Assembly (NCBI GenBank): GCA_038245195.1
Contig: JBBRSU010000002.1
Location: 35,091 to 99,090, forward strand
DNA: 64,000 bases
Direction: 5' to 3'
Source: Candidatus Saccharimonadales bacterium
Lineage (GTDB): Bacteria > Patescibacteriota > Saccharimonadia > Saccharimonadales > UBA10212
The notes under the pieces were generated by a model. The model did not search any database, was not told the DNA's origin, and saw only the letters and a list, made by a program, of their open reading frames with translations. The translations under genes and the position numbers were made by a program. Shown here one piece after another: positions 17,595 to 27,442 of this stretch (positions within the stretch are counted from its first letter, which is position 1; every line of letters begins with the position of its first letter).

Positions 17595-19631
17595 CTAGTT
17601 TAAATTAGTTACAGCCCGCAAAGCTGTAACTTTGCCCACAAGCTGGGGATAACTGTTAAAATCCTCGTTTTTGTCTAAAAATTGTTGAGCAGCCGACCGG
17701 GCAGCTGCGATTAGTTTTGTATCCGTTAGCTGGGCAATTCGAAGATCTAGAGCTCCATGCTGCATAATGCCGTAAATGGCACCTGGACCACGTAAAGCCA
17801 GGTCTAGCTCAGCAAGCTTAAAACCATCCGTGGTATTCTCTAAAGCTTTCAACCGTTGAGATGAAGCTTTATGGTCGCCCAGCATTAAGTAACAATAGCT
17901 CTGGTGTGCTCCTCGTCCCACCCTACCCCTTAGCTGGTGAATTTGGGCCAGCCCAAACCGCTCGGCCCCTTCTATTAACATGATGGTAGTGTTGGGAATG
18001 TCTACCCCAACCTCTATTACGGTGGTGCTAACTAAAATATCGTACTTTTTTGCCAGGAAATCGGTCATGACTGCTTCTTTATCGACTGACTTCAGCTTGC
18101 CGTGCAGCAAAGCCACTCGACGGTTTTTAAATTCAATCTGAGATAATTTATCATAAACCTCCTCAGCACTCAGCCCATCACTAGTTCCAGTATCAGTAAT
18201 TAAAGGACAGACAACAAACATTTGCCGGCCGGCTTCAAGCTGTTCGTCAATAGTCTGATAAAGTTTTTTTCGAGAGATAGGAGAAACTATCTTAGTCTCA
18301 ATGGGTGGGCGGCCGGGGGGGAGTTCATCCAGGACTGATATATCTAGCTCGCCATATAGAGTTAGTGCCAGGCTTCTGGGAATCGGGGTGGCTGTCATAT
18401 GAAGTACATGTGGCATGTGCCCGGCTTTGGCTTGGAGTTTCTTTCGTTGTTCAACGCCAAACCGGTGTTGTTCATCAATAATTATTAGTCCGAGTTTGTG
18501 CATATCAACTTTTTCGGAGATTAAAGCATGAGTTCCAATAATTAGTTTTATGGTCCCATCAGCAATTTTTTGATGAGCTAAGCTTTTTTGAGCTGGCTTT
18601 AAGCTACCGATTAATAGCCCGACTTGGTCTTGATAGCTAACACTTTGCAGTAATTTTAATAGAGTTTCGGCATGTTGACGGGCTAAGATTTCGGTGGGGG
18701 CCATGAAGGCCACCTGGAAACCTTGTTCCATTGCCATTACCGCTGCCATAGCTGCCACCACAGTCTTACCAGAGCCAACATCGCCTTCAATTAACCGATT
18801 CATTGGCTGGCTTTTAGCCATGTCTTGATATATTTGCCAGACACTTTTGCGTTGGGCGTTGGTAAGTTTAAATGGTAAAGAATTAACAAAATCTTGGGCT
18901 AACTGCTCTTTAAATGGAATTATTAAACCGGCTTGATGGGCCACATCCCGCTTATTTAGCAGAGCCGCCAATGATAACTCAAAAACTTCGTCAAACGATA
19001 AACGATGCCTTGCTTCGCTCAAAGCTTCGGACGACGAAGGAAAATGAATTTCGGTAACCGCGTTAACATAGTTTTTCAAATTATTAGCTTTGACAAGCCA
19101 AACCGGTAAGTGTTCTGGGAAAACAGATACTTGAACTAATGCCTCGCGAAGCAAGCGACGGATTTGGTTCGATTTTAAACCTTTGGTTTCCCGGTAAACC
19201 GGGATTATCCTAGCGGTATTAACCGGAAAGTCACTAACCAACTCGACTGAGGGGTTGGTAATTGAGAATCTCCCCCGCCGGAGGGCATATTCACCGGCAA
19301 TAAAGTACTCTTGGCCGGCTTTTATACCACTGGCTCGATAGGGTTGATTGAACCAAACCAATCTAACACTGGCCGTATCGTCTGATGCAATAGCTTCAGT
19401 AATATGCATCCCCCGGCGAACATAGCGACCAACAGTAGAACTAATTTTAGCTTTCATAGTTACTGGGCCAGGCCGTAAATCTTTAATGGAAACCACGTTG
19501 GAATAGTCTTCATAACGTCGAGGATAGTCGTTAATCAAATCATTTATAGTTTTAATGCCAAGTATAGCCAACTTTTTAGCTAGCTCGTCTCCCACCCCTT
19601 TAAGCTCGGTTATTGAATCCGTTATCTGCAC
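17595..19631 (-). CDS. recG: ATP-dependent DNA helicase RecG
   Basis: 678 aa. It has a wedge/OB N-domain, Walker A GDVGSGKT, DEQHRFG and a TATPIPR motif. It starts with GTG, and a TGCTACACT extended -10-like box lies 9 nt upstream. Confidence 0.95.
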   Translation of the reverse strand: MQITDSITELKGVGDELAKKLAILGIKTINDLINDYPRRYEDYSNVVSIKDLRPGPVTMKAKISSTVGRYVRRGMHITEAIASDDTASVRLVWFNQPYRASGIKAGQEYFIAGEYALRRGRFSITNPSVELVSDFPVNTARIIPVYRETKGLKSNQIRRLLREALVQVSVFPEHLPVWLVKANNLKNYVNAVTEIHFPSSSEALSEARHRLSFDEVFELSLAALLNKRDVAHQAGLIIPFKEQLAQDFVNSLPFKLTNAQRKSVWQIYQDMAKSQPMNRLIEGDVGSGKTVVAAMAAVMAMEQGFQVAFMAPTEILARQHAETLLKLLQSVSYQDQVGLLIGSLKPAQKSLAHQKIADGTIKLIIGTHALISEKVDMHKLGLIIIDEQHRFGVEQRKKLQAKAGHMPHVLHMTATPIPRSLALTLYGELDISVLDELPPGRPPIETKIVSPISRKKLYQTIDEQLEAGRQMFVVCPLITDTGTSDGLSAEEVYDKLSQIEFKNRRVALLHGKLKSVDKEAVMTDFLAKKYDILVSTTVIEVGVDIPNTTIMLIEGAERFGLAQIHQLRGRVGRGAHQSYCYLMLGDHKASSQRLKALENTTDGFKLAELDLALRGPGAIYGIMQHGALDLRIAQLTDTKLIAAARSAAQQFLDKNEDFNSYPQLVGKVTALRAVTNLN

Positions 19632-19654
19632 TGTTCATTAAGTGTAGCAATAAT

Positions 19655-20368
19655 CTAATAGGTCCGGCGTCGAGCTGCCGAGCGCGTTATCAAACTAAGC
19701 GAGTCATCGATGTCTTTTGGCTGGAACTCACCGCAGCGGTTGATAACTGCCAGTTTAATCAGCTCATCACAAAACACTGGATTATTAGGTAAAAACGGAC
19801 CGTGTAGATAGGTTCCAAACACGTTGTTAAACCTAGCGCCTTCGGTTTTATCCTTGCCGTTATTGCCATTACCCCTCTTGACTGTCCCAAGGGAAAGCTG
19901 GCCTTTGGCTAAAAATGTCTGGCCACTATGGTTTTCAAAGCCAAACAAGACCCCAAAATCAGATTTAACCATGACATTGCCAATCATTCGTTTGGTCCCA
20001 CCTATAGTTTCGGCATCGAATACGCCAATGCCTCTAACTTCAGCTCCTGTGCTGGTCACAAAGCGGTGACAAAATAGTTGGTAAGTGCCACAAATTAAAA
20101 CCATTGGGATATTGGCTTCTGCTAGTTGATGTAGAGTGTCGCCAATTCTTAAAATGTCGGCCTGAACATCAACTTGGGCCGAATCTTGACCGCCACCGCC
20201 AATGACTAAATCAATTTGGTCGGGTATTTTAGAGCCCGGATGATGGAAATGGACTTTAGGCTCAAACCCCTGCTTTTGAAAGCGCTTAGAGAGTGTTAGC
20301 ACGTTCCCATGATCGCCGTAGGTATTAAGTTCATTCGGATACAGGTGCATAATATTTATCGACTTCAT
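19655..20368 (-). CDS. gatD: Lipid II isoglutaminyl synthase, glutaminase subunit (CobQ-type GATase)
   Basis: 237 aa: LYPNELNTYGDHGN, catalytic-Cys context ICGTYQLF, and YLHGP. It overlaps murT by 4 nt. Confidence 0.88.
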   Translation of the reverse strand: MKSINIMHLYPNELNTYGDHGNVLTLSKRFQKQGFEPKVHFHHPGSKIPDQIDLVIGGGGQDSAQVDVQADILRIGDTLHQLAEANIPMVLICGTYQLFCHRFVTSTGAEVRGIGVFDAETIGGTKRMIGNVMVKSDFGVLFGFENHSGQTFLAKGQLSLGTVKRGNGNNGKDKTEGARFNNVFGTYLHGPFLPNNPVFCDELIKLAVINRCGEFQPKDIDDSLSLITRSAARRRTY

Positions 20369-21636
20369 CGACTGTCCTGTTTGGCCAGCTGCTTATGTAA
20401 AACCAGCATGGCAGTATAAGTTGCAAGTATAACTTTTTTACCCTTGGTTTGACTCAACAGCTTTAGACCTGAAATTAGATTTGGCTCAATTGTCGAAACG
20501 GAAACTTCTGAATAGCTGAGCCTAAGAGCCAGGTCAGCCGCACGTCGACCAGAAGCGATGGCAACGACTTTAGTATTTAGAGCCGAAAAATCAACGTCCC
20601 ATAGCCATGAAACGTCGCGACCATCGGCAATATTATCGTTAATGGCAATCATTAAGTTTTGTTTAGCGGCTCCGTACGAAGCCAGGGCCTGACTAAAACT
20701 AGCCGGATTTTTGACTAAAACTAGCTCGATAACTGACCCGTTGCTCAGCTTATAGGTTTCGCCTCTGCCGAATGCTAGCCTAACGTCTGCCAATTGATTT
20801 ATAAGTGTTTGGTCGCTTACTCCGTTTAGTAAGTGTCGAACCAAGGCTAGTGCCGCTGCCCCATTCAGATAATTGTGCTGTCCGGTTAGTTTTAGGCTTG
20901 TCTTATATTTTTTACCATCGATTAAATAAGTCACTAGTTGTCCGTCAAAGTCATAAAGCTCCACATCGGGTAATAGGCTATCGACAGGTTTTTGGACCTT
21001 AGAGTCAACCGAGGCTAAGTCGTAATCGCTAGGAAAAAACTTAGCTAGTCTAGGATTAACTCCAAAGTAATGTAAGTCTGCATTATTTTGTTGCTTAATC
21101 TTCTTTGCCCAGTCTAGAAGGTGTGGATCGTTAGCATTGGTAACTACTCCATTGGCAGCTTGCATGGCCGTTCCAACATAAGCCGCCACTGTATCAACTT
21201 CGCCAAACCTATCCAACTGGTCTCGACTAACATTTAGGCCAAGCACCCAGCGTGGCTTCACCTGTTTCACTAACTGCCTGGCGGTGGCTTCATCGACTTC
21301 CAAAACTGCTAAGTCATATGGTAGTTTTCCACTAATTTTTGCGTGTTGGGAGAGTGATGAAGCGATACCTCTGACCAAATTACTCCCGGTAGAATTTGTT
21401 AAGACTTTTTTGCCGTTAACTTTAAGTAAATGGGTAACAATTTTGGTTGTTGTTGTTTTACCATTCGTGCCGGTTATAATAATGACCCCGTCAGGCAATT
21501 TTTTTAACATTGAGGCCACGTAGCTTGGGAATAAACTCTCAATTACCAGGCCAGGTAGAGCTTGACCACCCGCTTTTCTAAATGATAAACCAAATTTCAG
21601 CGATTTTCCGACTAATGTGCCTGCCACATCGCGCAT
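20365..21636 (-). CDS. murT: Lipid II isoglutaminyl synthase, Mur-ligase-like subunit
   Basis: 423 aa with the Mur ligase P-loop ITGTNGKTTT and the C-terminal DUF1727 signature DGRDVSWLWDVDF. Confidence 0.9.
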   Translation of the reverse strand: MRDVAGTLVGKSLKFGLSFRKAGGQALPGLVIESLFPSYVASMLKKLPDGVIIITGTNGKTTTTKIVTHLLKVNGKKVLTNSTGSNLVRGIASSLSQHAKISGKLPYDLAVLEVDEATARQLVKQVKPRWVLGLNVSRDQLDRFGEVDTVAAYVGTAMQAANGVVTNANDPHLLDWAKKIKQQNNADLHYFGVNPRLAKFFPSDYDLASVDSKVQKPVDSLLPDVELYDFDGQLVTYLIDGKKYKTSLKLTGQHNYLNGAAALALVRHLLNGVSDQTLINQLADVRLAFGRGETYKLSNGSVIELVLVKNPASFSQALASYGAAKQNLMIAINDNIADGRDVSWLWDVDFSALNTKVVAIASGRRAADLALRLSYSEVSVSTIEPNLISGLKLLSQTKGKKVILATYTAMLVLHKQLAKQDSR

Positions 21637-21644
21637 AGTGAACT

Positions 21645-22889
21645 TTAAGCCAACTCGATTAAAGCCGAGTCTTTAAAAGCCTTGCCACGACGCAACATTA
21701 AACGACCGTTGCTGAAATCACTGCTTTCTAAGTGGTCTCTGTCGGCGGCCTGGTCGTTAATATAAATCGCCTTAGCTATAATAAGGCGACGAGCTTCAGA
21801 GTTAGAGTTAACTAAACCAGTAGTAACTAGTACTTCGCTCAAAGGAGTCCCCGGCTGCACGGTGGTATGAGTTAAAGCTTTTTTAACTTCCTCTATAGTT
21901 GGTTTGTCGGCTTCGACGATTGGTGACTGACCCGTTAAGTACTTGGTAACTTTTTGGGAGAATTTGAGTGCAGCTTTTCCATGGACTAACTCAGTAAGTT
22001 CTTTAGCTAACTCAGTTTGAGCCAGTCTTTTTTCGGGGTGTAGGTTATGTTGTTTAACAATCTCTTCAATTTTAGTTCGTGATAAAACTGTGAATATTTT
22101 TAAATAATCTTCGGCATCAGCGTCATCGATATTAATCCAAAACTGGTAAAACTCGGTGACAGAAGTTCGTTTGGGATCCAGCCAGATTGCCCCAGTTTCG
22201 GATTTGCCAAATTTTTTGCCTGTAGCTTTATTTATTACCAGTGGCATACAAAAAGCCTGGACTTGCTGGCCTTCTTTTTTGCGGATTAGAGGCACCCCAG
22301 ACAACATGTTCCCCCACTGGTCGGACGCTCCAATTTGCATCTGAACCTGTTTGTTCTTAAATAACCACCAAAAATCATAACCCTGTAATAAAGAGTAGCT
22401 AAATTCGGCATAGCTAATGCCAGCGGCCTGCTCCCCCATCCTAGTACTAACAAATTCTCGCTGCATGAGCTCACTCATGGGGTACTGTTTGCCAATGTCG
22501 CGTAAGAAATCCAGGTATTTGAGATTGTCTAACCAATTAAGGTTATTGACCATTTCGTGTGGCTTGCCCTCAAACAACTTTTCGATTTGAGCTTTAATAC
22601 CGGCCACATTTTTGGCTATCTCATCATGACTCTTAAGTTCACGTTCTTCGTCCTTACCACCGGGGTCGCCAACCAAGCTGGTGGCGCCACCGGCTAACAG
22701 CACAGCTTGCCATCCGCCGTCTATCAATCGCCGAGCCAACATCAAAACCGCCAAATTACCGATAGTCAAACTGTCCGTGCTGGCATCAATACCCAGATAA
22801 AATTTCTGAGGTTTGTCTAGCCATATGGGGTCATCAAAAGTTTTATCTTTAATTAACCCACGCCAAATTAGGTCTTGGCTTAAACTCAT
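21645..22889 (-). CDS. tyrS: Tyrosine--tRNA ligase (degenerate HIGH signature)
   Basis: It is colinear with bacterial TyrRS: GGATSLVGDPGGK, LLQGYDFWWL, GASDQWGN, KFGKS and a C-terminal S4 domain. I prefer the ATG at 22889; the track starts at TTG 22895. Confidence 0.93.
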   Translation of the reverse strand: MSLSQDLIWRGLIKDKTFDDPIWLDKPQKFYLGIDASTDSLTIGNLAVLMLARRLIDGGWQAVLLAGGATSLVGDPGGKDEERELKSHDEIAKNVAGIKAQIEKLFEGKPHEMVNNLNWLDNLKYLDFLRDIGKQYPMSELMQREFVSTRMGEQAAGISYAEFSYSLLQGYDFWWLFKNKQVQMQIGASDQWGNMLSGVPLIRKKEGQQVQAFCMPLVINKATGKKFGKSETGAIWLDPKRTSVTEFYQFWINIDDADAEDYLKIFTVLSRTKIEEIVKQHNLHPEKRLAQTELAKELTELVHGKAALKFSQKVTKYLTGQSPIVEADKPTIEEVKKALTHTTVQPGTPLSEVLVTTGLVNSNSEARRLIIAKAIYINDQAADRDHLESSDFSNGRLMLRRGKAFKDSALIELA

Positions 22890-22979
22890 AAGCAATTCTT
22901 CAGCATAATTATCATTACTTAATACATAGTATAACCGAAATATGCTGTGTCCGTTTCCGCTAGTAAGACCTAAGCATTT

Positions 22980-22988
22980 TGCTATAAT
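22980..22988 (+). promoter_or_regulatory. Candidate extended -10 promoter (TGCTATAAT) for the PBP gene
   Basis: TGCTATAAT is followed by a ~30-nt leader containing GGAG 12 nt before ATG 23019. Confidence 0.35.
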
Positions 22989-23018
22989 AAATCTGAAACT
23001 GTGGAGTATATAAATTAG

Positions 23019-26000
23019 ATGAGAAAAGTCCCTAATAGATCAGGTAGCCGTCCAATAACAACCCGGAGTGGTAAGGTGTTAAAAGTCAACCGCTCTTTAG
23101 GTGAACGCTACGTTGCCATGCGACAAGCAAAGTCTTTGCGAAAAGTGAACCGCTTACGGGGTCTCCCTAAATCTCGTATAAAACGGCTAGCTTGGCACTT
23201 GCAACCAAAACGCTTGGCTAACTATTGGTTTAGCCGAGACGGTGGAATCATGGCCCTGAAACTCACCGGCATTGCCATCTTAGCAATGTTTGTAGTTACT
23301 TTGGGGGTTTTTGCCTATTTCAGAAAAGACCTAAAGAGTGTGACGGATGTTTCGGGCAGTAACCTGGGGGGCAGTATTAGTTACTACGACCGTACCGGTC
23401 AAACCCTACTATGGCAAGATTACAATGTTAACCGCCGGATTCCAGTCCAAAGCCAAGATATTTCGCCTTATATAAAGGAGGCAACTGTGGCAGTCGAGGA
23501 CAAGGATTTTTATAAACACCGCGGTTTTGATATCAAGGGTATTGTTAGGGCAACACTGGTTGATGTACTGCACCGAGGCGGTACCCAAGGTGGTTCTACT
23601 ATTACCCAACAGTTAGTTAAACTCACCCAGGACTTTAATCAAAACCGGAGCATTGCCCTCAAAATTAAGGAGCTAATCTTGGCAGTCGAGCTGGAGCGGA
23701 ACTATACCAAGGACGAGATTTTAAAGAGTTATCTTAATGCCGCACCCTATGGCAGTGTGGATTACGGAGTTCAATCGGCGGCTAGTGACTATTTTCATAC
23801 ATCCGCTAAAAACCTAACCCTACCCCAAGCCGCTTTCCTGGCTGCCATTCCTAAGGCTCCGGCCTATTACTCAAAATATAGCCCGTACTTTGATGAAAAA
23901 CTGTTCCTAGACCGAGAACATTATGTCTTAGACCAGATGGCCAACCAAGGCAAGATCACTAAAGCCCAGGCTGCCGCGGCTAAAAAAGTCGACGTTCTAG
24001 CCCAAGTTCAGCCCCAACAGAACCGCTACGCTGGCATACAAGCACCATACTTTGTATTGGCCGCTCGTGATGAGCTTAACGCTCGATTTGCTAGCCAGAC
24101 CGCCAAAGTTGGCGGTTGGAAGGTTATTACGACCATGAATGCTGACCTACAGGCCAAAGCCGAAGATACAGTCCAGAAGAATGTAGCTAACATTACCCGT
24201 TATGCCGGCGATGAAGAAGCCTTGGTAGTAGAAGATGTTAAAACCGGCCAAATGTTGGCGTCGGTGGGCGGGACCGATTTTAACAATGCCGATCACGGCC
24301 AGCTAAATTATGCTCATGATGTAAATATCTCACCCGGCTCAAGCTTCAAACCCTATGACTATGCGACCCTAATTGATAATAACGTTAATGCTGGTGCCGG
24401 TTCGGTTTTGTACGATAGTCAAAGCCCACTCCCAGGCTATGCTTGCACCAATAAAAGTAATCCTCGAGGTAACCCTAATGCCAACTGTTTATGGGATTAC
24501 GATTTTAGATACCCTGGCCCAGAAACGCTTCGCTACGCTCTCGGCGGGTCAAGAAATGTTCCGGCTGTAAAAGCCATGCTACAATCTGTGCCCAACGATA
24601 CCAGTAGCGGCCGGACAAAGTCGGTAAACAAAACAATCAGTACAGCCAATGCTCTAATGGCGGCACCAGACGCTTATCGTTGCTTTAAAGACGGGGTAGA
24701 CGTCAGTGTTGCTAAAACAACCGACGAATCACAGTGTTATGGTGCTTCGGCTATCGGCGATGGAGCTTATCTTCACCTCGATCAGCACATTAACGGCGTG
24801 GCTAGTTTGGCTCGCTTGGGTAACGCTTTTGCCAATACCTACATACTCAGTATTGCCAATTCCAATAATAAAACTTTCTACGAGTTCAAGCAGCCTAAAG
24901 GTACCCAAGTTGTCCGCCAAGAGTCAGCTTATATAGTCGACAATATGGTATCTGACCCAGCTGCTAGCTATTTAACTGGTTCCTATAAGTGGCATCGCTA
25001 TAAAGGCTGGTCTACGGCTGTTAAAACTGGAACAACTAACGATAGTTTTGACGGTTTGATGATGAGCTGGAACCCCCAATATGCTGTTGGCAGCTGGGTT
25101 GGTTACCACACTCGCAATAAAGCTCTAACCACCTTCATGGAAAACCTAACTATCCCACTAACCCGAACTATGATGGAATACGCCATCGATAAAAGCAATC
25201 TGCCGGCTCAAACCTGGACGGCACCGCCCGGAATTCAAACCCTGCCAGCCTTTGTGGTCAGAAACAAACTCAGTTCTAATGGTGAGATAGTTCCCAGTCC
25301 GACAACCGACATTTTCCCGTCTTGGTATAAGCAAAAATCGTCATCTAGCGCCAATTCTGTAATAGATAGGGTATCCAATAAGCTAGCTACCAGCTGTACT
25401 CCAGATGCCGCTAAACAAAATCTAGGTGGGAATGCCGCACCTAATGCATTTTCGATTGATGTCTTTTATCCGCCTGGAGCTGGGGCTAATAGTTCATCTA
25501 CTGACACTAGTGCCCAAGATGATGTGCATCATTGTGGAGATAATCCACCGTCAATTACATTGACCGCTACAGATAAAGGAAATGGCACCTACAATCTAAC
25601 CGCCTTTGTTAGTGCTGGGACCCATCCATTCAATGACTCAAACTACTCTCAGTTCCCCGGAACGGTTACTTTTTCTTTCGGTGGTCAGACAATTCATACA
25701 TCCCAGCCGAGTGATCCTCAGGACAATATCAGCTTTGATTTCACTCCAACCGCTAGTGGGACTGTAACTGCAACTGTAACTGATAGTGTGCTATATAGTG
25801 CAAGTGATTCCAAAGATGTAAATTTTACGCAAGCGGTGGCGGGGCCGCAAATCACAACGGCCACGGCCACGGGGGGGACAACAACAATTAGCTGGAGTGG
25901 CGGTACAGGTCCTTTTACGGTTAAAAATGGTGCTGTAACGGTCTGTTCCGCACCAGCTGGAGCCACATCATGTAGTGGCCCATCAGCACTAGCACCCAAG

Positions 26001-26063
26001 AATAGCACAGTGACCTTAACTGATAGTGCAGGCAACTCTGATAGTAAGAAAGTCAGCAGTTAG
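23019..26063 (+). CDS. Class A penicillin-binding protein (transglycosylase/transpeptidase) with a long C-terminal Ig-like/Thr-Ser-Gly-rich extension
   Basis: 1014 aa with a basic cytoplasmic N-terminus and one TM helix. GT51 motifs: EDKDFYKHRGFD, GGSTITQQ. Transpeptidase motifs: SxxK (SPGSSFKP), SRN, KTGTT. Confidence 0.93.
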   Translation: MRKVPNRSGSRPITTRSGKVLKVNRSLGERYVAMRQAKSLRKVNRLRGLPKSRIKRLAWHLQPKRLANYWFSRDGGIMALKLTGIAILAMFVVTLGVFAYFRKDLKSVTDVSGSNLGGSISYYDRTGQTLLWQDYNVNRRIPVQSQDISPYIKEATVAVEDKDFYKHRGFDIKGIVRATLVDVLHRGGTQGGSTITQQLVKLTQDFNQNRSIALKIKELILAVELERNYTKDEILKSYLNAAPYGSVDYGVQSAASDYFHTSAKNLTLPQAAFLAAIPKAPAYYSKYSPYFDEKLFLDREHYVLDQMANQGKITKAQAAAAKKVDVLAQVQPQQNRYAGIQAPYFVLAARDELNARFASQTAKVGGWKVITTMNADLQAKAEDTVQKNVANITRYAGDEEALVVEDVKTGQMLASVGGTDFNNADHGQLNYAHDVNISPGSSFKPYDYATLIDNNVNAGAGSVLYDSQSPLPGYACTNKSNPRGNPNANCLWDYDFRYPGPETLRYALGGSRNVPAVKAMLQSVPNDTSSGRTKSVNKTISTANALMAAPDAYRCFKDGVDVSVAKTTDESQCYGASAIGDGAYLHLDQHINGVASLARLGNAFANTYILSIANSNNKTFYEFKQPKGTQVVRQESAYIVDNMVSDPAASYLTGSYKWHRYKGWSTAVKTGTTNDSFDGLMMSWNPQYAVGSWVGYHTRNKALTTFMENLTIPLTRTMMEYAIDKSNLPAQTWTAPPGIQTLPAFVVRNKLSSNGEIVPSPTTDIFPSWYKQKSSSSANSVIDRVSNKLATSCTPDAAKQNLGGNAAPNAFSIDVFYPPGAGANSSSTDTSAQDDVHHCGDNPPSITLTATDKGNGTYNLTAFVSAGTHPFNDSNYSQFPGTVTFSFGGQTIHTSQPSDPQDNISFDFTPTASGTVTATVTDSVLYSASDSKDVNFTQAVAGPQITTATATGGTTTISWSGGTGPFTVKNGAVTVCSAPAGATSCSGPSALAPKNSTVTLTDSAGNSDSKKVSS

Positions 26064-26074
26064 TTACACTTTGA

Positions 26075-27421
26075 CTAGTCTTTTTCTAAGAAGGCATTTA
26101 GGGCACTGCGAACATCTTTAACTGAAGTTAATAACGTTGGTTGTTTAGCACCCCGAATCGCTGGCCCAACCGCCACTTCAAAGCCCATTTTTTTGGCTTC
26201 GGCAATCCGTTTTTCAGCAAACGGTACATGGCGAACTTCGCCAGATAATCCAACCTCCCCGAAGACTACGGCGTTTTTCTTTAACTGCATTCCCTTGGCG
26301 GCGCTGGCAATTGCCATACAGATCGCCAAATCGGCGGCCGGCTCACTTAGGCGAATACCGCCCACAATATTTATATAGATATCTTTATCACCAAGTTTTA
26401 ACTTGGTGCGACGTTCCAGCATAGCCACTAATAGGTTGACTCTGTTTAAATCAATACCACTAGCAGTTCGCTTTGGATAACCGTAGCTAGTCGGATTAAC
26501 CAAAGCCTGTACTTCAACTAAGATTGCCCGGGTGCCCTCCATTGTAGCGTGGACAATCGAGCCGTCACTAACTTGCCGTTCGGCCAGCAAAGCCGCCGAA
26601 GGATTATCAACTGGGCGTAATCCTAGTTCAGTCATTTCAAAAATGCCGGCTTCGTTGGTTGATCCGAAACGGTTTTTAACACCCCTTAATATCTTAAACC
26701 CACCGTATCTGTCACCTTCCAGCTGTAATACCACGTCAACCATATGTTCCAGAACTTTAGGTCCAGCAATCGAGCCCTCTTTGGTGACATGTCCGACTAA
26801 AATCAAGGCTGTGTTACTGCCTTTGGCAGCAGCAGTTAGCAATTGGGCACTGTTGGTTATTTGACTGACATTCCCAGCTGCCGAAGCCACTTCATTGACT
26901 GCAACCGCTTGGATTGAATCTACAATGGCTAGCTCATAACCTCCCGCACCAATGGTGGAAGCGATATCATTAGCCACCGTCGAAACAGCTAATTCCAATG
27001 TTTTATCTTCAACTTTAAGCCGTTCTGCCCGTAAGGCAATTTGTTGGGCGGACTCTTCACCGCTCACATACAGTACTTTATGAGTTTTAGCCAAGTTGTG
27101 AGCCAACTGCAGTAGAAGGGTACTTTTTCCTATCCCTGGTTGTCCGGCTAGTAGATTTACGCTGCCGGCCACAAAACCGCCCCCCAGTACCTCGTCCACT
27201 TCTGTTATTCCGCTTTTCAGACGTGAAGTTTTGGCACTCAAAGCAGCCGATACGGTCTCGGTTGGTAATTTCTTACCACTGCGTCCTGCAGTTGCTGAAC
27301 TTATCTGAACTTGCTCAACTAAACTATTCCATTGGCCACAAGTAGTACAGCGCCCTGACCACTTAGAATAAGTTGCACCGCAATTTGAACAAACAAATTT
27401 TATTCCCAAGGATTTGGCCAT
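26075..27421 (-). CDS. radA: DNA repair protein RadA/Sms
   Basis: 448 aa. It has a C4 zinc finger (CSNCGATYSKWSGRCTTCGQWN), Walker A GQPGIGKST, a KNRFG motif and a Lon-like C-domain. A strong AGGAGGA Shine-Dalgarno sequence lies upstream. Confidence 0.95.
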   Translation of the reverse strand: MAKSLGIKFVCSNCGATYSKWSGRCTTCGQWNSLVEQVQISSATAGRSGKKLPTETVSAALSAKTSRLKSGITEVDEVLGGGFVAGSVNLLAGQPGIGKSTLLLQLAHNLAKTHKVLYVSGEESAQQIALRAERLKVEDKTLELAVSTVANDIASTIGAGGYELAIVDSIQAVAVNEVASAAGNVSQITNSAQLLTAAAKGSNTALILVGHVTKEGSIAGPKVLEHMVDVVLQLEGDRYGGFKILRGVKNRFGSTNEAGIFEMTELGLRPVDNPSAALLAERQVSDGSIVHATMEGTRAILVEVQALVNPTSYGYPKRTASGIDLNRVNLLVAMLERRTKLKLGDKDIYINIVGGIRLSEPAADLAICMAIASAAKGMQLKKNAVVFGEVGLSGEVRHVPFAEKRIAEAKKMGFEVAVGPAIRGAKQPTLLTSVKDVRSALNAFLEKD

Positions 27422-27442
27422 AGTCCTCCTACTTTAGCAGAT

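Noticed and set aside
22890-23018. Possible T-box or other aminoacyl-tRNA synthetase leader upstream of tyrS (likewise hisS at 14923-14978)
   Set aside because: The intergenic regions (129 and 56 nt) are far too short for a T-box riboswitch of ~200-300 nt. No specifier or antiterminator-like structure is visible.
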